From: a virus
Reading direction: 5' to 3' (one strand)
Virus record (IMG/VR): IMGVR_UViG_3300044797_000396
Span: 26,551 to 90,550 of that record
Length of the DNA: 64,000 bases
Under the pieces are notes generated by a model that did no database searches, had not been told where the DNA came from, and saw only the letters and a program-made list of their open reading frames with translations. The position numbers and the translations under genes were made by a program. The stretch's first letter is position 1. Every line of letters begins with the position of its first letter. Shown in pieces: positions 1 through 10,428 of this stretch.

Positions 1-6
1 TATCGG

Positions 7-3000
7 GTGTTTATTGGGGCGGCAGAATATCATCCCACTATCGTTAATAACAATTTTACTTTGGATAAAAATTCTAATGTCGTGGGTACACCTAACACCA
101 ACAAAGATGGCGTTTTTATTTATTATGATAATGATCCCAGTGGTACCTTTCAGCGTTGGTATGTGGAGGTAATTGATGGTTATGTGGCCCCTGACACTCA
201 TACTTACAAATTCAATATTACCTCCTCAGGTAAATTCTATGATACTAAATCTCTTACTTATCCTCGCCCAGCAAACCTAACTACAATCACTAGCAATAGT
301 AAAGTTAGTATGACCATTACTCCGCCAGCAGATGGATATGGCATCAATGAAGGACTGACTTTTATTTCTGACGTAGAACATTATTTGTTAGACTTTGGAT
401 TGCAAGTAGATGCCAATAGGTTATCTATTTACAAGGATGTCGGAGGTTATATGAACTTCCGCGTTTATGATAAAAATAAAAAAGCTTATTCGGTTAGCGC
501 TGATGTTTCTGCTTGGCAGCCCAATGTAGCTCATATGGTAGCTGCTTCTTGGATGCTTAATACTCGAAATAACCGAGATGAGATGCACCTTTTTATTGAT
601 GGTTTGGAGGTGCCCAATATCATCAAATACGGTCAGGCACTCATACCATATCCTCACGAAAAGTTTCGCACGGTGGATCCAGAAGAAATAGTGGGTCTCT
701 CTAATCGTGATATCATAGGATCCGATGATTTGGTGACTACCATTAATACTCCTGTGGTCAGTTCCAGTATCAATTTTAGTCAGTATAATATTTTTGTTGG
801 AAATACTATTTTTATTAATGAAACTGGTTTCTCTCCTGTGGGCTACACCATTGAAGCCATAGATGGCCAAATATTAACACTTAACGAGAATATGCCGGGC
901 ACTCTTACCAACGGCAGATTTTCAGTTAATGAAACACAATTTTTCATTACCTCCGAAATTAATATCTATCCTAATATTACCGTTAGTACCATTCATACTT
1001 TTATAACTGGTGATGATTTAGAAACTACTAGCGGACTAAATACCGTTTCTTCACCTAGCACTAATTTTACTACGGCCGGGGTGTTACCAGGATATTTACT
1101 TAGAGTTGATGCGGCTGGTTTCCCCTTAACTTACAATATTCTAAAAGTTAATGGTCATACTTTGACTGTGACTGATCCAGCACCTACTAATCTAACAAAT
1201 GCGATCTATCAGATATACTCCAATACGGAAAATGAGTTGCCAGGTGTCAGGGCTTTGGATCCAGATTATGCTATTAGTCAGGATATCAATTTTGATAATG
1301 TATTAACTATCTACAACGGTGTGTTCGCTAACGATCTAATTTTAGTTAGAACTCTGGGTCTCAATTTCCAAGATGTTAGCAGGCAATATTATGTATGGAG
1401 TACAGGCGTTGAAAATGTTTTAATGACCCAGCTGCCACCACCTATTGATTTGGATCAGGCTAATATTACTAAAATTATTACCCCCACTGTCGCTATCGGT
1501 CCAGCCAACTCTACTTTGGTAGGCGGTGTTTTTGTATCCAACAATCTCAGCACCGCTGAGCCTTCTAACTCACAGAATGGTAGAACTATTGAAGCTACTA
1601 TTAGTGGTACCAATATCAATTTTTCTACTCCGGTGCAAGTGACTATTAATGGGGTTACGGGCGTTAGCACCATCAGTGAAACTATTACTTTTACTGATTA
1701 TGGTACATTGTCTTTTGCTAATCCATATAACCAACTCAATTATGTACAAATAAATGTACAACCAATTAATGCAAGTAGGAATGCATGCGCCCTAGGGGTG
1801 ACTGAAAAATATCCAATTACTTATGGTGAGTTTAGTGATACGGTGCCCGTTATTAGATATAGTTATCCTATTACACAAGGATATAATCTGGCCTCGGATG
1901 GTTATGGTATAGTTGATGATCAATTCAACCTATTTAGCGGATTGGATATTGGTAACTGTTTATTTATTAGTTCGCCCTCCCCAGTGGCTGGATACTACAC
2001 TATCGTTAGCCTTTCTGCCGATAGACACTCCATTGGTATACAGGCTACGTCAACTTCACCGCCTCTTCCGCTGCCAGCTTTTACCGGAGGAATTTATCAG
2101 GTTCTTTACACTACTGCTTATCGTAGCGGTTTGCAAAATGGTTTCTTTACCTTGGAAGATAGTACGTTGCCAGGGCAACCTTACTACTTAAATCAAGGAT
2201 TTTATCAAGTAGAATACGCCACCTATCTTAGTATCAAATTTGCTCCGCTGAATGATAATTTATTCTTTGGTAGTAATTTCTTGGGTTTTGATCAAGCAAA
2301 TGCTATTCTCAACCAAGCTACTTTATATTCTGTAATGCTAACAGATACCAGAATTGGGGAAGTAGTTTCAGGCAATACTCTATCTGTTACCAAAGATTAT
2401 AATTCTATTAATGCACCAGTGCCTAATGCCAATACTTTGGCCTTGGTTAGTTTCAATAGTTTTCCTTTTACTAATGCAGCCAGCTTGTATGCTAGCACTA
2501 ATGACGATCATGTTCATTTCCAGTCAGATTGGGCGGTCAATGATAATTTTGGTCAAAGTTTAGTGTTCTTAAATCAACCTATTCTCCTCCCTAATACTGG
2601 TATTCTAGATACTCATAAGCAAGGAACTATTGAGTTTTGGATGAGCCCCTTGTTTGATACGGCTAATGATCCTAACTATCGATTTTATTTTGATGCTTAT
2701 GGGGCGGTAGTAACACAAGTAGTGAGTAATAGTAATGTCACTGTCAAACTTTCCGCCCCCGCCAGCCAAATTTTGAGCGTTACTTTATCAGCGGGTGACC
2801 CCAGAATAGACTACTTTGCAGGCGGAAGGCTAGAAATTGATACGCAGAATGCTATACAAGAAACGGACACCAGTGTGGGGGTGGGTTCCGTAGTGGCTCA
2901 ACAAACCGTGCTTCAGGTCATTACCGTCAGAATTGTGGGAGACCTAACTAATAAAGACTATTTCAATGGTGGTTCTGTTGGAGTGGATGGTAAAACTATT

Positions 3001-3876
3001 TACTTAGGTACTCCACTACCTGTTGGCAATATTCCAGTAATTGTTACCTATCAAACCACGAATATCAATAATGCCCCGCTTAATACTCAAATAATTAGGC
3101 TCAATAGACAGTTGCCTGCCCAAAATTGCACCGTTACTGTTAAGTATATTCCTAGTGGTTTGCAAGGAGATCGTATCTCCGTCTATAAAGACCAGTACGG
3201 CTACATCAATTTTTCTATCACTGCCTCTGGAACTGATTACATTATTAGGGGGCCTACTCGCTGGGCTCAAAACACTTGGCATCGTGTTAAAGCTAGCTAC
3301 ATGATCAACGGTGGTTTGGGCAACGATCAAATGAGATTGTTTTTGGATGGATATCAATATACGGACGTTTTGTTTGGCACGGATTTGATTGCAGGTCAGT
3401 TCCCAATGGTTATGGGAGCCGTAACTATTGGAGATGGTTATGGTTTGATTGCTGGTATCAATTTTACCGATCCTATCAATGACTTATGGATTGGCACCGA
3501 TTATGCACAAAATAATCCTATCTTTACTTTGCTTAATAATTTCCGTATCAGCAATTTGTCTCGACCTATCTATGCCCCTTACGGAGAGCCAATTGATGTC
3601 AATTATAGCAGTAATCTGAGTACCGTCTTTCCAGTAACCAGTGATCTTTATACAACTTACCTTATGAATTCCGGCACTTTGGTCAGTTTGATCACTAATT
3701 TTGCTACCTTAGTAGATCGAGATAGTGGCGCCTTTGATTTCATTGTCAACATATTTGATAGTTTTGGCATAGTTGCCAGTAGTACCCAAGTCCAACAAAT
3801 ATTGGAAAACTTGATAAATACGCTAACGCCAGCTAACTGTCAGGGTTTCATCAAATATATTCCACCACTAATCTGA
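7..3876 (+). CDS. Large virion structural protein (baseplate/tail-like) with two LamG/concanavalin-like segments; probably 5'-truncated by the window
   Basis: 1289 aa, S/T/N/G-rich. Internal repeats NRLSIYKDVGGYMNF / DRISVYKDQYGYINF and DEMHLFIDG / DQMRLFLDG; GTIEFW LamG-like motif; C-terminal LINTLTPAN resembles baseplate wedge ends. Confidence 0.6.
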   Translation: MFIGAAEYHPTIVNNNFTLDKNSNVVGTPNTNKDGVFIYYDNDPSGTFQRWYVEVIDGYVAPDTHTYKFNITSSGKFYDTKSLTYPRPANLTTITSNSKVSMTITPPADGYGINEGLTFISDVEHYLLDFGLQVDANRLSIYKDVGGYMNFRVYDKNKKAYSVSADVSAWQPNVAHMVAASWMLNTRNNRDEMHLFIDGLEVPNIIKYGQALIPYPHEKFRTVDPEEIVGLSNRDIIGSDDLVTTINTPVVSSSINFSQYNIFVGNTIFINETGFSPVGYTIEAIDGQILTLNENMPGTLTNGRFSVNETQFFITSEINIYPNITVSTIHTFITGDDLETTSGLNTVSSPSTNFTTAGVLPGYLLRVDAAGFPLTYNILKVNGHTLTVTDPAPTNLTNAIYQIYSNTENELPGVRALDPDYAISQDINFDNVLTIYNGVFANDLILVRTLGLNFQDVSRQYYVWSTGVENVLMTQLPPPIDLDQANITKIITPTVAIGPANSTLVGGVFVSNNLSTAEPSNSQNGRTIEATISGTNINFSTPVQVTINGVTGVSTISETITFTDYGTLSFANPYNQLNYVQINVQPINASRNACALGVTEKYPITYGEFSDTVPVIRYSYPITQGYNLASDGYGIVDDQFNLFSGLDIGNCLFISSPSPVAGYYTIVSLSADRHSIGIQATSTSPPLPLPAFTGGIYQVLYTTAYRSGLQNGFFTLEDSTLPGQPYYLNQGFYQVEYATYLSIKFAPLNDNLFFGSNFLGFDQANAILNQATLYSVMLTDTRIGEVVSGNTLSVTKDYNSINAPVPNANTLALVSFNSFPFTNAASLYASTNDDHVHFQSDWAVNDNFGQSLVFLNQPILLPNTGILDTHKQGTIEFWMSPLFDTANDPNYRFYFDAYGAVVTQVVSNSNVTVKLSAPASQILSVTLSAGDPRIDYFAGGRLEIDTQNAIQETDTSVGVGSVVAQQTVLQVITVRIVGDLTNKDYFNGGSVGVDGKTIYLGTPLPVGNIPVIVTYQTTNINNAPLNTQIIRLNRQLPAQNCTVTVKYIPSGLQGDRISVYKDQYGYINFSITASGTDYIIRGPTRWAQNTWHRVKASYMINGGLGNDQMRLFLDGYQYTDVLFGTDLIAGQFPMVMGAVTIGDGYGLIAGINFTDPINDLWIGTDYAQNNPIFTLLNNFRISNLSRPIYAPYGEPIDVNYSSNLSTVFPVTSDLYTTYLMNSGTLVSLITNFATLVDRDSGAFDFIVNIFDSFGIVASSTQVQQILENLINTLTPANCQGFIKYIPPLI

Positions 3877-3926
3877 TATATAGTCTAACGAAGGAATATC
3901 AATGAAGAAGTTTGGAGATAGATAAT

Positions 3927-6900
3927 ATGGTTAATAGAGCTCCGGTATCTGTACAAAGACCCATTTGGTACGACTCTCAGCAAGTCGATGAGACGGATCT
4001 TACTTCCGAGCAACAAGCCAATGAAACCATTGAGGCTTCTATCATCGACAATCATGTGGGCGATGGTGTTTTGCCCGAAGTTTTGGTGCAAAATGTTATC
4101 TATAATTCTGCCGTAGCTATCGGATATCAAGACGGATTACCCATCCTTGCGCAGTCCCAGCCCACTGATACTAATCTAGGCAATCAGCTTTCTATTAGTT
4201 TGATCGGCTCTACGGCTTCTGGCAAGCGTCAAATCAAGGTATGTGTTATTGGATTAGATTTTCAGAGCAATTTACAATACGAAGTTTTTTATTTTGAGCG
4301 AAATGAAGTGCAGGTGGGCGCCCAACATTTTACAAAAGTATTATTGTTATTGTTCAACGATTTTATTGGTAATCCAACCCTATCTTTCAATCTAGGTGGA
4401 GAAATAGTTATCACGGAAGCTAACCCAATGACACTCTCCCGAGATGTTATTATGGTGGCGCAAGACCAACAACCTAGTTTATTTTGGAGAGATTTTTTCC
4501 TCGATCCTTCTGTTAGTCAGTTATCCGTGCAGGCAATGTTACAAGCCGCTTTGCCCACCTACAATGTAGCGGATCTCAATATCTACACTGCCCCTTTGGA
4601 TAATTTAGCTTTATTGAGTGGCGATGTGACCACCCAAATTGGAGAAAAATTTATTGCCACCACTAACAATGTGCAAAAAGCCACACTATTATTGTCAGTG
4701 CAAAACCTAGCGGTGGGACAGCAAAATAATTTAGTATGGACAGGAGATCTTGTCGTCAGTATTTATCCATTGCAAACTACCTTAGGTTGCCCTACTGATT
4801 TTGTGCCTAACCTACCTATTGATTTTTCGCCCAGTGGTATCCCGCTAGCGCAAATTAGTTATAACTATACGAGTTTGATGGCAGCGGGTTATGTCTTGAA
4901 TTCAGTTCCACAACCCATTGATTTTGTATTTAGCAATAGCCCTATTGCCAACGGTAGTTTGATGGTACCAGGACAATATTACGCCCTTACTGTTAAAAGA
5001 TCTGGTGCAGCTAACCAATGTAATATTTTAGTAGCGGTAGGTGGATCTATCATTCCCAATTCCTGGGTTACTACTTTCGCTAGCACTCTGTGGGTAGATA
5101 TTACTACGGAACAATTGTGGTTTCGTGTTTGGACAGATGCCGCTAAACTATCTGATGGCCAAGCTTATGATGCAGGTAATGGCGTTATCATTCCTAAAAC
5201 TACCACCGATCCTACTACTCAGGCTACGGTAGACTATTCTTTTGGTAACCAACAGTTTGTGGGCAATGACGTTTTTAGTGCTGTTATGGCGGCTGTAACC
5301 CAAGACTCCGTTCCAGTTCCTTCCCAGGCCACTGGTAATCCTGTCAATTCTCGTCAGCAATTCGTGCCACAGCTCAATTTGTTAGATACTATTGATTTAA
5401 CTAATTTAGAGGCCACTTCCTCTCCCTTGGTATTGGGAGCCATTAGCGATAAAAACATTAAGTCTTTTAACCCTGGTGCCGGCGTTATCACCGCTCCTCT
5501 TTTTAGTGCCACTATGGCTGCCGATGAATTATTGATTAGAGTGGTGACCGATCCTACTGATACGGTTAGATACAATACCTTAGTGACGGCATTAGCTAGT
5601 TATTTGCTTAATGGTGCTTTGGTCAGCGCTCAAATTACACCAGATACGGGCGGAGCCCCTTTCACTAACTATCGTGTTGCTAGCGCTCAACTATGTTCAA
5701 TGATTGTGGGTGATGTGGATGGTAATGGTATTATTGATGAGAATGACTTAGCACTTCTCAATACTTACATTGGATATAATCTCAATGTGGGATTACCAGA
5801 TCAAACGATTATTAATACAGACGGCTATAATACTTCTTTTATTAATGGTTATCAAACTTTAATTCAACCTTTTGCCAATCTATATAATGTTAGTTTCCAG
5901 TTAGTAGATCCTAATACTACCACCGTTATTGCAGATGGTTATGATGGTGTTTTGGTGGCTAACCCAGCTATTCCAGGTTCAGCTCAATTTACCAGCGCTT
6001 CGGTAACCTTCAACACTATTATTGGACTTAGTAGCTACAATTTGGTAGTGCTAAGTAATGGGGCTAATTCCGCCGACTTGGGAGGCTGGGCTATTTCTAG
6101 TTTGGACTCGGAAGCTGATGTCATCACCATTACTAAAATCTATTTGACGGGCGATGTTATTGCTCAAATGTTGCGAGCCGATATTGATGGAGATTTTGCC
6201 ATTACCTATGCTGATGGTTATTTGCTTAATAACTACATCGAAAGATTACCTACTTCTACGATCCCGCCTGCTACCTATCCAGCCCCCTCTACTAATCCAT
6301 ATACTAAAATTGGTACTCGTTTTAATGTTATTAGATTGCGAGTAGAAGAGTTCATTGATAGGGCGGATGATTATGATGCTAATCCTAATACTCGTGCCCT
6401 ATCTGTGCATCCACCACAAGATATTTTCAATAGTGATGGTTATCTATCCGGTCATAATTTCTATACTTTTCCAATCCAAATGTCTTTCAATCAAGAATTG
6501 GTATGGGATCCATCCTTGGTAATAACTTCTGCTCAACCTAAGTTAGTGTCAGCTGTCTTTGAGACGGAGTCTGGTTTCGTGCAAAATTCCTGTGTTATTG
6601 ATGGGGTGCAATGCAATATTTATCCCGTTCCCACTCCTTTTGATCCAGGTCGCAATGACTTCTTCATTCCTAATAATCTTATTATAGGTGAGGGTGGGGA
6701 GCTACAAAGACCAGATGGAGATTTCTACAAGGTAGATTTCGAGGTAGGAACTATTACCTTAGAAATACCAGATGGGTTGTTTGGTTCTGAACGAACTATC
6801 GATATTCTAAATGACTTCATTGCGGATTATACAGGTAATGGCGCTACTCGTTTGGGTTTTCCTTCTATGAGATTTGCTGATTGTTCTTTCGTATCGACTA

Positions 6901-7481
6901 ATGCTATTGTAAATGATCAAATTATCTTCTCCGTTTCCGTCCAATCATTCTCTCCTAATACTAATGGTCTCAGTACCGATGGTTATTATGGAGCTATTGT
7001 AGATGGTACAATGGGTGTTAGTTTAGATCCTAGCACCGGCCTCTTGACCTTGAATTTTAGCAACCTTTATCAAGACCCTGTCCTACAAACTTTAAGCACC
7101 AAAGTATTAATTAGCGTCTTCTTAAAGAAGGGTGGTTTCAATAACCAACCTCTCTTCGTGGATTCGACCAAAGTGCAAAATATGCTCAGTCTAATTAGCG
7201 TATTCAGTGGAGCTAATGAGGGCGGTCCCTCTGCCCTAGTACAACTCGGTAATGATGTCACTGGTATTTTACCAATTCTCAATGGTGGTACTGGCCTAAA
7301 TGGAGTAGGTGCTTTCGGAACCGTGCTAACCAGCACCGGCAGCGGTGTTAGTTATCAGTTCGTTACTTCTGCCTCTATCGCTTATGTTCCGGCTGTCTTG
7401 GCCAATTGGAGTGGCACTGCCCCTACTTCTATCGCTAATGCTTTGGATCGTATCGTTGCTCATCTTGGACCAATTCCATAA
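3927..7481 (+). CDS. Large virion structural protein with dockerin/EF-hand-like Ca-binding loops
   Basis: ORF 3912..7481, ATG at 3927 after GGAG. GDVDGNGIIDENDLALL and ADIDGDFAITYADGYLL loops; C-terminal VTGILPILNGGTG tail-fibre-type repeat. Confidence 0.55.
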   Translation: MVNRAPVSVQRPIWYDSQQVDETDLTSEQQANETIEASIIDNHVGDGVLPEVLVQNVIYNSAVAIGYQDGLPILAQSQPTDTNLGNQLSISLIGSTASGKRQIKVCVIGLDFQSNLQYEVFYFERNEVQVGAQHFTKVLLLLFNDFIGNPTLSFNLGGEIVITEANPMTLSRDVIMVAQDQQPSLFWRDFFLDPSVSQLSVQAMLQAALPTYNVADLNIYTAPLDNLALLSGDVTTQIGEKFIATTNNVQKATLLLSVQNLAVGQQNNLVWTGDLVVSIYPLQTTLGCPTDFVPNLPIDFSPSGIPLAQISYNYTSLMAAGYVLNSVPQPIDFVFSNSPIANGSLMVPGQYYALTVKRSGAANQCNILVAVGGSIIPNSWVTTFASTLWVDITTEQLWFRVWTDAAKLSDGQAYDAGNGVIIPKTTTDPTTQATVDYSFGNQQFVGNDVFSAVMAAVTQDSVPVPSQATGNPVNSRQQFVPQLNLLDTIDLTNLEATSSPLVLGAISDKNIKSFNPGAGVITAPLFSATMAADELLIRVVTDPTDTVRYNTLVTALASYLLNGALVSAQITPDTGGAPFTNYRVASAQLCSMIVGDVDGNGIIDENDLALLNTYIGYNLNVGLPDQTIINTDGYNTSFINGYQTLIQPFANLYNVSFQLVDPNTTTVIADGYDGVLVANPAIPGSAQFTSASVTFNTIIGLSSYNLVVLSNGANSADLGGWAISSLDSEADVITITKIYLTGDVIAQMLRADIDGDFAITYADGYLLNNYIERLPTSTIPPATYPAPSTNPYTKIGTRFNVIRLRVEEFIDRADDYDANPNTRALSVHPPQDIFNSDGYLSGHNFYTFPIQMSFNQELVWDPSLVITSAQPKLVSAVFETESGFVQNSCVIDGVQCNIYPVPTPFDPGRNDFFIPNNLIIGEGGELQRPDGDFYKVDFEVGTITLEIPDGLFGSERTIDILNDFIADYTGNGATRLGFPSMRFADCSFVSTNAIVNDQIIFSVSVQSFSPNTNGLSTDGYYGAIVDGTMGVSLDPSTGLLTLNFSNLYQDPVLQTLSTKVLISVFLKKGGFNNQPLFVDSTKVQNMLSLISVFSGANEGGPSALVQLGNDVTGILPILNGGTGLNGVGAFGTVLTSTGSGVSYQFVTSASIAYVPAVLANWSGTAPTSIANALDRIVAHLGPIP

Positions 7482-7489
7482 TTGAGCCC

Positions 7490-7517
7490 TTGACATCCTA
7501 ATTTTTGTAATTACGAT
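7490..7517 (+). promoter_or_regulatory. sigma70-like promoter TTGACA-N16-TACGAT, likely leaderless transcript
   Basis: TTGACA 7490-7495, TACGAT 7512-7517, ATG at 7524 with no SD. Confidence 0.5.
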
Positions 7518-7523
7518 GTTCGT

Positions 7524-8195
7524 ATGCGGATACTAAAAAAATTATTGAAATTACCAAGCCCAAAGGATTTGGGTTGGTCCAACGATAATGCTTTGCCATC
7601 GCGAGATTTTTCTCCTAATGCTATTGGAAAAACTTGGGAGGATTGGGATGAAAAAGTTAAGACGGACTATCCTGTTCGCTATTTTTTTGTGGAACAACTA
7701 TATCCCTGGTTCCTGAGAAAATATCGGAGATTAGTCAAAGATCCTATTTATTATCTAAAATGTCATTTACTCCCCAAACACAAATATCACTTGATCGATA
7801 TCAGAGAGCCGAATGGTTATCGTTTTGGTTGGATTGATGCGGATCATAAAATGATCTTAGCCCTTTTCACTATCCTCAATGATTTTGTCAAAGAGGAGAT
7901 GCCACAAATGTATTGCCCTAGCGAAGAAGAAATACAAGTGGATCCTCATTTGTTGAAGCAGCGCAATGCCTATTTAGAGATCAAAGCCATTCACTATTGG
8001 TGGAACATTGAGCGTCTCCGTCAAGAAAAAGCTCATGACGATTTGTTGAGTGCTTGGTCTGCCGCTAAGCATTCTCAGGATCCCGCAGAGCATCAAATGT
8101 GGATCGATTTACAAAAAATACGAGAAGCCAACGAGGCCAAAACTGAGGAAATGATTGAGCGATTATTAAAAATTAGACGCCACTTATGGACTTGA
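7524..8195 (+). CDS. Hypothetical protein
   Basis: 223 aa ORF filling the gap, no recognised motif. Confidence 0.7.
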   Translation: MRILKKLLKLPSPKDLGWSNDNALPSRDFSPNAIGKTWEDWDEKVKTDYPVRYFFVEQLYPWFLRKYRRLVKDPIYYLKCHLLPKHKYHLIDIREPNGYRFGWIDADHKMILALFTILNDFVKEEMPQMYCPSEEEIQVDPHLLKQRNAYLEIKAIHYWWNIERLRQEKAHDDLLSAWSAAKHSQDPAEHQMWIDLQKIREANEAKTEEMIERLLKIRRHLWT

Positions 8196-8254
8196 TGATA
8201 TAGATTGGATATAGCAAACATGCGCGTATTTGTGCATTTTTGCACATTTTATTT

Positions 8255-9379
8255 ATGAAAATACTAATCCGTCAATTTTTGGGAAAGAACCACTCATGGT
8301 GTGTGGTTGGATGGGGTATCGCCAATGCCTTGATAGAACAAGGTCATGATGTTCATTTGTTTTCCACTGATGGTATAAAACAACTACCTAAAAAATTACA
8401 ACCCAATCTTATTGGGTATGTTGAGGAAAATGAAAAAAAACTTTTTGGTAGATTACCAGATAAAGAATATGATTGCCAAATTAGTTATACGGCATTAAAA
8501 AATTTTCCAGCTTATCTTAGCAACGGTTCTAAAAATAAATTTGGTATATGGTGCTATGAGTGGTCTGGCCCCAATGTTCTACCATTTGGTTTCGCCAAAC
8601 ATTATCAATCTTGTGATTATTTGTGCGCCCCATCAGAATGGCAAAAAAAAGAATTTATGAATTCTGGTATTCCAGAAGAAAAAATAAAAGTAATACCACA
8701 TGGCATATGTGCTGCACAATACAAACAAAACACAACTATGGTTCTACCAACCAAAAAGCGTTTTAAGATTTTAGCCAATATTGCGCAAAATCATTTAAGA
8801 AAAAATATTCCCGGCTTGCTGGATGCTTATGGCAAAGCATTTACTGAAAAAGACGATGTTTGTTTAGTTTTGAAGGCCAAAGACAAACCAATTGCAGCAT
8901 TATTTGAGGTATCTTTAAACGAATGTTTGAATACTTTTAATCGCAAGTATCCAAAACATGCCGAAGTAAAAATTTTATCGTCTTTTATAGACGATATGTC
9001 GATGTTGTATCGTAGCGTAGATGCAACATTTACTATGAGTTTAGGTGAAGGGTTTTATTTTCCTGGGCTTGAAAGTATTGCTGCTGGAAAATTAGCAATT
9101 GCACCAAATAATGGTGGTCATATGGATTTTCTTAATGGCAGCAATGCGTTGTTAATTGCGGGTAAAGAGGAAAGGGCTAATCCCAAAAGCATGTATTGGG
9201 GTGCAAATCCCAACGCAATGTGGTATCGACCCGACATAGATGATGCTGTTGATAAACTCAGATTTGCCTATGAAAAATACGAAACATTAAATAAAAAAAT
9301 TGATGAACAGAGGATGAGTGTATACAATGAGTACGACTGGGGCGTGGTTGCTTCCAAATTTATTTCACTTTGCAAATGA
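8255..9379 (+). CDS. Glycosyltransferase, GT4 (GT-B) family
   Basis: GHDVHLF, VIPHG, RKNIPGLL and GEGFYFPGLE (EX7E) motifs. Confidence 0.85.
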   Translation: MKILIRQFLGKNHSWCVVGWGIANALIEQGHDVHLFSTDGIKQLPKKLQPNLIGYVEENEKKLFGRLPDKEYDCQISYTALKNFPAYLSNGSKNKFGIWCYEWSGPNVLPFGFAKHYQSCDYLCAPSEWQKKEFMNSGIPEEKIKVIPHGICAAQYKQNTTMVLPTKKRFKILANIAQNHLRKNIPGLLDAYGKAFTEKDDVCLVLKAKDKPIAALFEVSLNECLNTFNRKYPKHAEVKILSSFIDDMSMLYRSVDATFTMSLGEGFYFPGLESIAAGKLAIAPNNGGHMDFLNGSNALLIAGKEERANPKSMYWGANPNAMWYRPDIDDAVDKLRFAYEKYETLNKKIDEQRMSVYNEYDWGVVASKFISLCK

Positions 9380-10098
9380 ATAAAGTATTGAGTATTATTA
9401 TTCCAGTTTGGAATAAATCGCACTTCACTAAAACTTGTATTCAAGACTTATCTTTACTACCAGCGGATCACGAGATCATTTTAGTTGATAACGGTAGTAC
9501 TGATGATACTGAAACAATATTCCGAAATCTAAAATTGAAAACTACTGCGCCTGAGTTTCGATACGTGCGCAATATTACTAATTTAGGTTTTGCTTGTGCC
9601 TGTAATATTGGTTATGAGGAAGCTATTGCCCATAATGTTTTGTTCCTTAATAATGACATCAAAGTGCGCGATCATTTTACTGATTGGACTAGTTCTTTAA
9701 TAGAGCATTGTGTTACTTCTTTGGTTGGACCTACCATGGGGCAACTTAATAATGAATTGGCCTTTGTCAAAGAAGCCAACCAAGAATTGCCTGGTAAATC
9801 CTATATGTCTGGTTGGTGTCTTGCCTCGTCCAAAGAAATATTCAAGAAATTGGAAATTCCCAGACCTCTTTGTATCTACGACCACATTCCAGCACCTCAA
9901 ATATTTTCCGAAGAATTTGGGAAGGCTTATTTTGAGGATACCGACTTATCTTTCCGAGCCAGACAATTGGGTATTCCATTCAAGGTAGTAAATATTCCAG
10001 TGGTTCATTTTGGAAAACAGACCAGCTCGCAACTCAATACACACAAATTATATTCCGAAGCTAGGCAAATCTTTATTAAGAAGTGGGCTAAGAAATGA
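9376..10098 (+). CDS. Glycosyltransferase, GT2 family
   Basis: LSIIIPVWN, ILVDNGSTD, NLGFACACN, FLNND, YFEDTDL. Confidence 0.9.
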   Translation: MNKVLSIIIPVWNKSHFTKTCIQDLSLLPADHEIILVDNGSTDDTETIFRNLKLKTTAPEFRYVRNITNLGFACACNIGYEEAIAHNVLFLNNDIKVRDHFTDWTSSLIEHCVTSLVGPTMGQLNNELAFVKEANQELPGKSYMSGWCLASSKEIFKKLEIPRPLCIYDHIPAPQIFSEEFGKAYFEDTDLSFRARQLGIPFKVVNIPVVHFGKQTSSQLNTHKLYSEARQIFIKKWAKK

Positions 10099-10412
10099 AG
10101 TATTTTTCGCATGAACTAAGTGATTGGACTTGGTTTGATAGAAATCTTTATAGGACAAATGATCAAAAAGGTGACAAGCAGTTTTTGATCGGGTTGGTAT
10201 GCCTCGATAAACCCAAGCCTATTCAGAATACACATGAGCTTTGGCGAGTAGATGTTTTAGATTGGGGGGGCAATCTACAGTATCATACTATTTCTTTACT
10301 CAAAGAAGCGGGTTTATATCGTAAAGAGTATTCTTATAGCGAATTGGATCAAGCTAGAAAAGAATTAGATAATTTTATTATTCGAGTTGATAAACTGAAA
10401 CTATTTATATAG
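10095..10412 (+). CDS. Hypothetical protein with C-terminal tag (RVDKLKLFI)
   Basis: 105 aa, ATGA-type packing against upstream gene, shared C-terminal motif. Confidence 0.7.
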   Translation: MKYFSHELSDWTWFDRNLYRTNDQKGDKQFLIGLVCLDKPKPIQNTHELWRVDVLDWGGNLQYHTISLLKEAGLYRKEYSYSELDQARKELDNFIIRVDKLKLFI

Positions 10413-10428
10413 AGAAAGAACGTGTATT

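Noticed and set aside
7524-8195. C-terminus ERLLKIRRHLWT as another tag copy
   Set aside because: Aromatic at -2 but Trp rather than Phe, and the Arg is out of register; left out of the count.
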